From the NCBI GenBank assembly GCA_977020255.1, contig CDROCS010002834.1, positions 248,001 through 312,000 on the forward strand: DNA of 64,000 bases, given 5' to 3'. The notes beneath the pieces are model-generated. The model saw nothing but the letters and a program-made list of their open reading frames with translations. It did no database searches and was not told where the DNA came from. The translations under genes were made by a program, and so were the position numbers. The stretch is from Obrimoposthia wandeli. Its lineage: Eukaryota. Below, piece by piece: positions 54,668-63,300 of this stretch (position 1 is the stretch's first letter; each line of letters starts with the position of its first letter).

Positions 54668-55948
54668 ATGTCGGTCTACAGTACCTTATGCTTTCTCGCA
54701 GCAGCAGCGATGGCTATTGCCTTTATAAACAGCAAGATAGGTAAGATGCAAACAACAATTGCGATTACTGCAGGTGCATTAATGTTGTCTTTAGGCATCA
54801 TTATTGCGGGTCAGAATGGCTGGTTTCATTTAGAAGATATTGCAGCTGAACAGCTTGCTGATATCGATTTTGAAAGTTTTTTACTTAAAGGCATTTTAGG
54901 CTTTTTACTTTTTGCGGGCGGGCTAGGAATTAAACTTCCTAATCTAGAAGATCAAAAGTGGGAAATTACAGTTTTAGCCTTGGGTGCCACACTTTTTTCA
55001 ACCTTTTTCATCGGCGGTGCGCTCTGGGGCGTATGTCAATTATTAGGCTTTCAATTCGATTTAATCTACTGCTTAATATTCGGATCTTTAATATCACCAA
55101 CGGATCCAATCGCTGTACTTGCTATTGTTAAAAAGCTAGATGCGCCTCGTCGTATTTCCACACAAATTGAAGGGGAGTCATTATTTAATGATGGCTTTGG
55201 TCTCGTAATTTTTGTTACGTTATTCACTATCGCCTTTGGTAATGAAGCTCCAACAGTCCTAGGGGTAGGACAATTATTCCTACAAGAAGCAATTGGTGGT
55301 ATTGCTTACGGCTTTATTCTTGGGCTGCTTTTCCATTATTTGATTAGCTCTACGAATGATCACTCCATGGAGCTATTACTGACATTAGGTATTCCAACAG
55401 CTGGTTATGTATTTGCTGATGTCATTCATGTATCAGGACCATTAGCAATGGTTGTATCTGGTATTATGATTGGTAACTGGACACGCTATATTGGTTTTTC
55501 AAAAGAAAGTGAAGAACACTTAGATCACTTTTGGGAATTAGTTGATGAATTCTTAAATGGCGTTCTATTTTTACTTATCGGTATGACCATGCTTCAATTC
55601 AGCTTCCATCAAGAAGATTGGGTACTGATGGTAATCGCAATCCCTCTCGTATTACTAAGCCGTTATCTAAGTGTAAAATTGTCTTATCTTGGCTTTCAGA
55701 AGTACCGCGATTACAACCCACACTCGGTGAAAATATTAACTTGGGGTGGCTTACGTGGTGGTTTAGCTTTAGCAATGGCAATGGCAATTCCCGCTGGTGT
55801 TATTGTGATACCAGAAAAAAACATTGATGTGAGAGAGATCATTCTTGTCATGACTTATGCTGTTGTCGTTTTCTCCATCCTAATTCAGGGATCAACGATT
55901 ACCGCATTAATCCATAAAGCCAAAATGTGGGAAGCTCAAAATAAATAA
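54668..55948 (+). CDS. CPA1-family Na+/H+ antiporter (NhaP-like)
   Basis: LGFLLFAGG, ISPTDPIAV, IEGESLFNDG, WGGLRGGLALAM, ILIQG; ~12 TM segments. Confidence 0.92.
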   Translation: MSVYSTLCFLAAAAMAIAFINSKIGKMQTTIAITAGALMLSLGIIIAGQNGWFHLEDIAAEQLADIDFESFLLKGILGFLLFAGGLGIKLPNLEDQKWEITVLALGATLFSTFFIGGALWGVCQLLGFQFDLIYCLIFGSLISPTDPIAVLAIVKKLDAPRRISTQIEGESLFNDGFGLVIFVTLFTIAFGNEAPTVLGVGQLFLQEAIGGIAYGFILGLLFHYLISSTNDHSMELLLTLGIPTAGYVFADVIHVSGPLAMVVSGIMIGNWTRYIGFSKESEEHLDHFWELVDEFLNGVLFLLIGMTMLQFSFHQEDWVLMVIAIPLVLLSRYLSVKLSYLGFQKYRDYNPHSVKILTWGGLRGGLALAMAMAIPAGVIVIPEKNIDVREIILVMTYAVVVFSILIQGSTITALIHKAKMWEAQNK

Positions 55949-55971
55949 CGACTCCATCAAATAAATATAAA

Positions 55972-55998
55972 AGGCCTGCTGTCGCAGGTCTTTTTTTT
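55972..55998 (+). terminator. Intrinsic terminator after the antiporter gene
   Basis: aggcctgc-tgtc-gcaggtct followed by T8. Confidence 0.75.
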
Positions 55999-56206
55999 AG
56001 CTATATCTGAACAAACGGTTATAGAGCGATCATACTTAATTTATGTGTGAAGAACTGCAATGATTTACTTTCATGAATGAACAAGAATTTATTCCATTAT
56101 TACAAATGGCCTAATCTGTTATCGCCTAGCCAACGACGCCATTATTCCCTTAAAAATAGTGAAACCTCCACTAACAAAATATTAGCAGTGAAGGGGGTAT
56201 TACATC

Positions 56207-56396
56207 GGTGTTCACTGTGAATCGACACCTTTAAAACCTTGGGGATCAAGCTACGATTTACCACGATACTAGTGTACCTCTCGCCTTAAAACACGCAGTC
56301 CACTCACCAAGATAAGTAACTCCTGTATGTTCAGCACTCATTGATGGCCTGCCAGTAAGAAAAGCGGCAACGTTATGTGCTGTCGACCAAAATACC
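56207..56396 (+). pseudogene. Eroded IS1595-family (ISPna2-like) transposase N-terminal remnant
   Basis: Hand translation across stops and frameshifts gives VHCESTPLKPWGSSYDLPRY*CTSRLKTRSPLT / HQDK*LLYV / SALIDGLPVRKAATLCAVDQNT, resembling the zinc-ribbon + HTH of IS1595 transposases. No catalytic domain or intact ends seen. Confidence 0.65.
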
Positions 56397-56452
56397 ATCA
56401 AGCTCTACATGATGGTTGGGGCTGCTGTACGCATGCCGCAACAACTTATTCA

Positions 56453-56551
56453 GACATAACCTTTCTATTTGCCTCAAAACCAGTACGACCCACAATGTAG
56501 CAGGCCGCTAAGATCTCCAATAAAAAGTCGAACCCACTGAGTTACCACTCC
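56453..56551 (-). pseudogene. Degenerate tRNA-Asp copy A (3'-truncated, carries the same two inserts as copy B)
   Basis: Aligns to copy B (ctttctattt.cctcaaaaccag..caggccgctaag.tctccaataaaaag..accactcc) and keeps the flanking tag g(t/c)agtgtctattca. Anticodon region is mutated. Confidence 0.75.
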
Positions 56552-56645
56552 GTAGTGTCTATTCAGTACTAATTCCCATTTTATACAGACGTAAAAAAGC
56601 CCTAATCTTTCCTGCTCTACCTTAAAGAGGGGGCTTCTTCAATAA

Positions 56646-56753
56646 TGGCGACGTTAACGGGACTTTCTATTTACCTCAAAACCAGCGCGACCCACAGCGT
56701 GACAGGCCGCTAAGCTCTCCAATAAAAAGCCTAACCAACTGAATATCCACTCC
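56646..56753 (-). pseudogene. Degenerate tRNA-Asp copy B (108 nt; GTC anticodon and CCA retained, inserts in D arm and T loop)
   Basis: Sense GGAGTGGatattcagttggttag[21 nt]cggcctGTCacgctgtgggtcgcg[21 nt]agtcccgttaacgtcgCCA versus the intact tRNA-Asp. Confidence 0.85.
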
Positions 56754-56793
56754 GCAGTGTCTATTCAATGCTAATTTCCATTTCCTATAGACG

Positions 56794-56824
56794 AAAAAAA
56801 GCCCTAATCTTTCGATTAGGGCTT
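56794..56824 (-). terminator. Intrinsic terminator of the rrn/tRNA-Asp transcript
   Basis: Minus strand aagccctaatc-GAAA-gattagggc followed by T7. Confidence 0.85.
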
Positions 56825-56833
56825 CTTCAATAA

Positions 56834-56910
56834 TGGCGGAGTGGACGGGACTCGAACCCGCGACCCCCGGCGTGACAGGCCGGTATTCTAACCAACTGAA
56901 CTACCACTCC
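56834..56910 (-). tRNA. tRNA-Asp(GTC)
   Basis: GGAGTGGTAGTTCAGTTGGTTAGAATACCGGCCT-GTC-ACGCCGGGGGTCGCGGGTTCGAGTCCCGTCCACTCCGCCA, 77 nt, intact cloverleaf. Confidence 0.97.
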
Positions 56911-57010
56911 GCAGTGTCTATTCAGCATAATGCTATTACTTACAATAAAACGGTTCATCGTTTTATTTTTGTCTTCATATTTTCTAAAAGAAAAAATGAA
57001 AACGAATTGG

Positions 57011-57130
57011 GCGCCTGGCGATGCCCTACTCTCACATGGGGAGACCCCACACTACCATCGGCGCAACTGCGTTTCACTTCTGAGTTCGGCATGGGATCAG
57101 GTGGAGCCACAGCGCTATGGTCGCCAGACA
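57011..57130 (-). rRNA. rrf: 5S rRNA
   Basis: Sense TGTCTGGCGACCATAGCG..CCCATGCCGAACTCAGAAGTGAAACG..GTAGGGCATCGCCAGGC. Confidence 0.96.
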
Positions 57131-57266
57131 AATTCTTTTATTGTCAGCAATGCTAACAATAGCAATCTTGGAAAATCTAACTAGTCTATCTTTCGATAAC
57201 AAACAATCTGTTCTCAAACACCATTCAAGTGTTCGTGGAGTCCGTAAAAAACCCCTTGGGTGTTGT

Positions 57267-57403
57267 ATGGTTAAGCCTCACGGGCAATTAGTACAGGTTA
57301 GCTCAATGCCTCGCAGCACTTACACACCCTGCCTATCAACGTCGTAGTCTTCAACAACCCTTTAGGATACTTATAGTATCAGGGATGACTCATCTCAGGG
57401 CTC

Positions 57404-57434
<31 letters not shown>

Positions 57435-57603
57435 GATTCCGAACTTAGCTACCGGGCAATGCTACTGGCGTAACAACCCGAACACCAGAGGTTCGTCCAC
57501 TCCGGTCCTCTCGTACTAGGAGCAGCCCCCTTCAATCATCCAACGCCCACGGCAGATAGGGACCGAACTGTCTCACGACGTTCTAAACCCAGCTCGCGTA
57601 CCA

Positions 57604-57636
<33 letters not shown>

Positions 57637-57638
57637 GA

Positions 57639-57681
<43 letters not shown>

Positions 57682-57710
57682 ACCGCCGTCGATATGAACT
57701 CTTGGGCGGT

Positions 57711-57766
<56 letters not shown>

Positions 57767-57887
57767 AGAACCACCGGATCACTATGACCTGCTTTCGCAC
57801 CTGCTCGAATTGTCATTCTCGCAGTCAAGCGGGCTTATGCCATTGCACTAACCTCACGATGTCCGACCGTGATTAGCCCACCTTCGT

Positions 57888-57930
<43 letters not shown>

Positions 57931-58188
57931 ACCCACCAGGCACTGTCCGCAACCCCGATAAGGGGCCAACGTTAGAACATCAAGCATACAAGGGTGGTAT
58001 TTCAAGGACGACTCCATACGAACTAGCGCCCGTATTTCATAGTCTCCCACCTATCCTACACATGTAGGGTCAATGTTCAGTGCCAAGCTGTAGTAAAGGT
58101 TCACGGGGTCTTTCCGTCTAGCCGCGGGTACACAGCATCTTCACTGCGATTTCAATTTCACTGAGTCTCGGGTGGAGACAGCGTGGCC

Positions 58189-58286
<98 letters not shown>

Positions 58287-59095
58287 CAAGAGCTTCGACT
58301 TGCGTCTAACCCCATCAATTAACCTTCCGGCACCGGGCAGGCGTCACACCGTATACGTCATCTTTCGATTTTGCACAGTGCTGTGTTTTTAATAAACAGT
58401 TGCAGCCACCTGGTATCTGCGACTCCCAACAGCTTAGAGAGCAAGTCTCATCACCGTCAGGAGCGTACCTTCTCCCGAAGTTACGGTACCATTTTGCCTA
58501 GTTCCTTCACCCGAGTTCTCTCAAGCGCCTTGGTATTCTCTACCTGATCACCTGTGTCGGTTTGGAGTACGATTACTTATAACCTATGCTTAGAGGCTTT
58601 TCCCGGAAGCATGGCATCAATGGCTTCATCACCGTAGTGACTCGACATCAGGTCTCAGCCTTCTCTACTTAAAGAGGTATTCCCGGATTTGCCTAAGAAT
58701 ACAGCCTACGCCTTTGAACTTGGACAACCGTCGCCAAGCCCACCTAGCCTTCTCCGTCCCCCCATCGCAGTTATAAGCAGTACGGGAATATTAACCCGTT
58801 TCCCATCGACTACGCCTTTCGGCCTCGCCTTAGGGGTCGACTTACCCTGCCCCGATTAACGTTGGACAGGAACCCTTGATCTTCCGGCGAGGGAGTTTTT
58901 CACTCCCTTTATCGTTACTCATGTCAGCATTCGCACTTCTGATACCTCCAGCCAACCTTACGATTGACCTTCAACGGCTTACAGAACGCTCCCCTACCCA
59001 ATATAACAAGTTATATTGCCGCAGCTTCGGTGTATAGCTTAGCCCCGTTAAATCTTCCGCGCAGACCGACTCGACCAGTGAGCTATTACGCTTTC

Positions 59096-59127
<32 letters not shown>

Positions 59128-59174
59128 TGGCTGTCTGAGCCTTTCCACATCGTTTCCCACTTAGCTATAACTTT

Positions 59175-59207
<33 letters not shown>

Positions 59208-60168
59208 CTTCACGACGGACGTTAGCACCCGCCGTGTGTCTCCCGGATAGTACTTACTGGTATTCGGAGTTTGCAAAGGGTTGGTAAGTCGGGATGACCC
59301 CCTAGCCTTAACAGTGCTCTACCCCCAGTAGTATTCGTCCGAGGCGCTACCTAAATAGCTTTCGGGGAGAACCAGCTATCTCCAAGTTTGATTGGCCTTT
59401 CACCCCTAGCCACAAGTCATCCGCTAATTTTTCAACATTAGTCGGTTCGGTCCTCCAGTAAGTGTTACCTCACCTTCAACCTGCCCATGGCTAGATCACT
59501 TGGTTTCGGGTCTAATCCTAGCAACTGTACGCCCAGTTAAGACTCGGTTTCCCTACGGCTCCCCTAAACGGTTAACCTTGCTACTAAAATTAAGTCGCTG
59601 ACCCATTATACAAAAGGTACGCAGTCACCCAACAAGTGGGCTCCTACTGCTTGTACGTACACGGTTTCAGGTTCTATTTCACTCCCCTCACAGGGGTTCT
59701 TTTCGCCTTTCCCTCACGGTACTGGTTCACTATCGGTCAGTCAGGAGTATTTAGCCTTGGAGGATGGTCCCCCCATGTTCAAACAGGATATCACGTGTCC
59801 CGTCCTACTCGTTTTCACAATAAAGTCGTTGTCGGTTACGGGGCTATCACCCTGTATCGCTGTACTTTCCAGTACCTTCACCTAACGCCAATGCTGCTTA
59901 AGGGCTAATCCGGGTTCGCTCGCCGCTACTGCCGGAATCTCAATTGATTTCTCTTCCTCGGGGTACTTAGATGTTTCAGTTCCCCCGGTTCGCCTCGTTA
60001 CGCTATGTATTCACGTAACGATACGTGCTTATGCACGTGGGTTTCCCCATTCGGAAATCGTAGACTCAAGTGGCTTTTACTGCCTAATCTACGCTTATCG
60101 CAAGTTAATACGTCCTTCATCGCCTCTGACTGCCAAGGCATCCACCGTGTACGCTTAGTCACTTAACC
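57267..60168 (-). rRNA. rrl: 23S rRNA (about 2900 nt, includes a 14-nt extra hairpin)
   Basis: 5' GGTTAAGTGACTAAGCGTACACGG, 3' CCGTGAGGCTTAACC; conserved peptidyl-transferase-centre sequences throughout. Confidence 0.98.
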
Positions 60169-60369
60169 ATACAACCCCAAGAGGTTTCGTATGGCAACAA
60201 CCAAGGTTTCTCTCTTTAAAAAGAGAGGTTTTGTTTTCGCCGGACTCTTACACAAGACACTTGAATGTGTGTTTGTTTTGAGAACTCGTTTTTACCGCTC
60301 TTAAAATAAAGAGGGATAAAAACATTTGTAATTGAATCCTTAGATTCAATTTACTAGTCAGCTTTCCAG

Positions 60370-60383
60370 ATTGTTAAAGAACA
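60370..60383 (-). promoter_or_regulatory. ITS antitermination boxA
   Basis: Sense TGTTCTTTAACAAT, identical to the leader boxA. Confidence 0.8.
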
Positions 60384-60499
60384 TGTGTTTTTTCTATCTC
60401 CTAAGAGACAAAAAACCACTTTCTAATGACTTTAACGAAAAAAATTGATGCAACGGCGTATGCCATTGAACCAAACATATCGTAAAAGTGTTTAGAAAG

Positions 60500-60575
60500 T
60501 GGTGGGCGATACTGGGCTCGAACCAGTGACCCCCTCCTTGTAAGGGAGGTGCTCTCCCAACTGAGCTAATCGCCC
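60500..60575 (-). tRNA. tRNA-Val(TAC), ITS
   Basis: 76 nt; anticodon loop CT-TAC-AA; GGTTCGAGCC T arm; encoded CCA. Confidence 0.96.
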
Positions 60576-60641
60576 ACGATATTGCTTTTTATTTCCGCTT
60601 TAAAAAGCAGAAGTAAATAGCTTTCCTTCGTGGAAAGGAAA

Positions 60642-60717
60642 TGGTGGGTCGTGCAGGATTCGAACCTGCGACCAATTGATTAAAAGTCAACTGCTCTACC
60701 AACTGAGCTAACGACCC
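60642..60717 (-). tRNA. tRNA-Lys(TTT), ITS
   Basis: 76 nt; anticodon loop CT-TTT-AA; GGTTCGAATCC; encoded CCA. Confidence 0.96.
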
Positions 60718-60750
60718 TTTGTTACTTTCTTTTGTTAGCTAAAAAGAAAG

Positions 60751-60826
60751 TGGCGTCCCGTAGGGGAGTCGAACCCCTGTTACCGCCGTGAAAGGGCGGT
60801 GTCCTAGGCCTCTAGACGAACGGGAC
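60751..60826 (-). tRNA. tRNA-Glu(TTC), ITS
   Basis: 76 nt; GTCCCGTTCGTCTAGAGGCCTAGGACA..CT-TTC-AC..GGTTCGACTCC; encoded CCA. Confidence 0.96.
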
Positions 60827-60918
60827 TTAGTTTTTCGATGTTGTTGAGAACATCGTGTTCTTTTACATTTCGACCAAGCAATCTGTGTGGACACTGCATC
60901 AAACAATAAATCTTTAGG

Positions 60919-61039
60919 TAAGGAGGTGATCCAGCCCCAGGTTCCCCTAGGGCTACCTTGTTACGACTTCACCCCAGTCATGAACCACACCGTGGTAAAC
61001 GCCCTCCCGAAGGTTAAGCTATCTACTTCTGGTGCAGCC

Positions 61040-61093
<54 letters not shown>

Positions 61094-61251
61094 GACATTC
61101 TGATTCACGATTACTAGCGATTCCGACTTCACGGAGTCGAGTTGCAGACTCCGATCCGGACTACGACGTACTTTGTGGGATTCGCTCACCATCGCTGGTT
61201 GGCAGCCCTCTGTATACGCCATTGTAGCACGTGTGTAGCCCTACTCGTAAG

Positions 61252-61304
<53 letters not shown>

Positions 61305-61344
61305 CTCCCTGGAGTTCCCACCATTACGTGCTGGCAAACAAGGA

Positions 61345-61380
<36 letters not shown>

Positions 61381-61386
61381 TTCACA

Positions 61387-61418
<32 letters not shown>

Positions 61419-61474
61419 CTCAGAGTTCCCGAAGGCACTAAGCTATCTCTAGCGAATTCTCTGGATGTCAAGAG

Positions 61475-61545
<71 letters not shown>

Positions 61546-61653
61546 ATTTGAGTTTTAATCTTGCGACCGTACTCCCAGGCGGTCTACTTAACGCGTTAGC
61601 TCCGAAAGCCACGGCTCAAGGCCACAACCTTCAAGTAGACATCGTTTACGGCA

Positions 61654-61684
<31 letters not shown>

Positions 61685-61917
61685 ACCCATGCTTTCGCAT
61701 CTGAGCGTCAGTCTTTGTCCAGGGGCCGCCTTCGCCACCCCAGGTATTCCTTCAGATCTCTACGCATTTCACCGCTACACCTGAAATTCTACCCCCCTCT
61801 ACAAGACTCTAGTCTGCCAGTTCAAAATGCGGTTCCGAGGTTGAGCCCCGGGCTTTCACATCTTGCTTAACAGACCGCCTGCATGCGCTTTACGCCCAGT
61901 AATTCCGATTAACGCTC

Positions 61918-61965
<48 letters not shown>

Positions 61966-62093
61966 CTTCTGTCGCTAACGTCAAGGTATGCAGCTATTAA
62001 CTACACACCCTTCCTCACGACTGAAAGTACTTTACAACCCGAAGGCCTTCTTCATACACGCGGCATGGCTGCATCAGGGTTTCCCCCATTGTG

Positions 62094-62176
<83 letters not shown>

Positions 62177-62185
62177 GGGATCGTT

Positions 62186-62221
<36 letters not shown>

Positions 62222-62463
62222 CCACCTGGGCTAATCTTAGCGCGAGAGGCCCGAAGGTCCCCCTCTTTGGTCCGAAGACGTTATGCGGTATTAGCTATCG
62301 TTTCCAATAGTTATCCCCCACACTAAGGCATATTCCCAGGCGTTACTCACCCGTCCGCCGCTCGTCAGCAAAGAAAGCAAGCTTTCTTTCTGTTACCGCT
62401 CGACTTGCATGTGTTAGGCCTGCCGCCAGCGTTCAATCTGAGCCATGATCAAACTCTTCAATT
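60919..62463 (-). rRNA. rrs: 16S rRNA
   Basis: 5' AGAGTTTGATCATGGCTCAG, 515 region GTGCCAGCAGCCGCGG, 3' GATCACCTCCTTA; Photobacterium-like TTAAGCAAGATGTGAAAG..GCATTTTGAAC segment. Confidence 0.98.
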
Positions 62464-62642
62464 AAAGTTCTGTTGGTCTTTCGACCGGCTCAATGATTTT
62501 TACTGATATTCTTGTTTCATCTTCTTGCGAAGAATGAAGCATAAATTGACTGTGTCATCTTGCGATGATTAAGGTCACTCAGTTCATTGATAAATCTTTC
62601 GACTTAAAATTTCACGAGTGCCCACACAGATTGCATGGTCAA

Positions 62643-62656
62643 ATTGTTAAAGAACA
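62643..62656 (-). promoter_or_regulatory. rrn leader boxA
   Basis: Sense TGTTCTTTAACAAT, followed downstream by a boxC-like GTGTGGGCACTC. Confidence 0.8.
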
Positions 62657-62712
62657 ACACTTAAACTCAAAATTAATGCCTTAGCATTAACTCATCATTG
62701 AAGTGGACGGAC

Positions 62713-62740
62713 ATTTTATCCAAATACATTATCGTGTCAA
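62713..62740 (-). promoter_or_regulatory. rrn promoter P2
   Basis: TTGACA-16 nt-TAAAAT, GC-rich discriminator GTCCGTCC. Confidence 0.85.
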
Positions 62741-62805
62741 GCACTTTATAATGATTCTTTATCCGTGCATCGATTGACCGGCTGTTCACCGTTTCGATGG
62801 GCCGC

Positions 62806-62833
62806 ATTATAGAGAATCAAATACTATTGGCAA
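62806..62833 (-). promoter_or_regulatory. rrn promoter P1
   Basis: TTGCCA-16 nt-TATAAT, discriminator GCGGCCC, T-tract UP element upstream. Confidence 0.85.
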
Positions 62834-63300
62834 GGAGAAAAACACGAAAAAAAACCATCTGATTACTTATTCCGCAAAGGTGTCACTCTCAAACCAATCC
62901 GAACAATTTAAACACTCTTGTTAGGGCTGCCATGTCTAAAGCTATCAAATAACTTAATACGAAAATTATGTGCATTGTGGCATCAAGATTGTATGGCTAA
63001 TAAGAATGAAGCTGACTTAATCAATACTATGACAAAAGAGCAAAACGAAATGCAATCTGCACATGTCTGCTTATTTTACATTTTAAAGTGGATTTATTTC
63101 TAAATGAGCAACCATCATTCTTAAAGAAAGCAGTTTGTAAAAGAACACCTAAAATATTGGGGCTTATATAAAAGGAATACTAGTATGACGTTATCGCAAT
63201 CATACGCTTTAGAAGAAAACAGTCGTTGTCCATATCTAGCATTAAAACCAAACCACTTTAGTCACCATATACCACAGTATATAGAGAGAGCCTAAGCACG

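Noticed and set aside
56417-56432. GGGGCTGCTGTAC as an IS1016-like terminal inverted repeat
   Set aside because: The match is short, no partner repeat was found and the orientation does not fit the right end of the IS1595 remnant.
56453-56924. Repeats as a CRISPR array or integron attC cassette array
   Set aside because: The units are 157-202 bp copies of tRNA-Asp plus its terminator, with no unique spacers, no cas or intI gene and no attC R/L-box structure.
56833-62215. ORF-track ORFs overlapping tRNA-Asp, 5S, 23S and 16S (e.g. 56833-57156, 57654-57851, 60887-61117, 61161-61385)
   Set aside because: They lie within structural RNA genes and are well-known spurious translations of rRNA/tRNA sequence.
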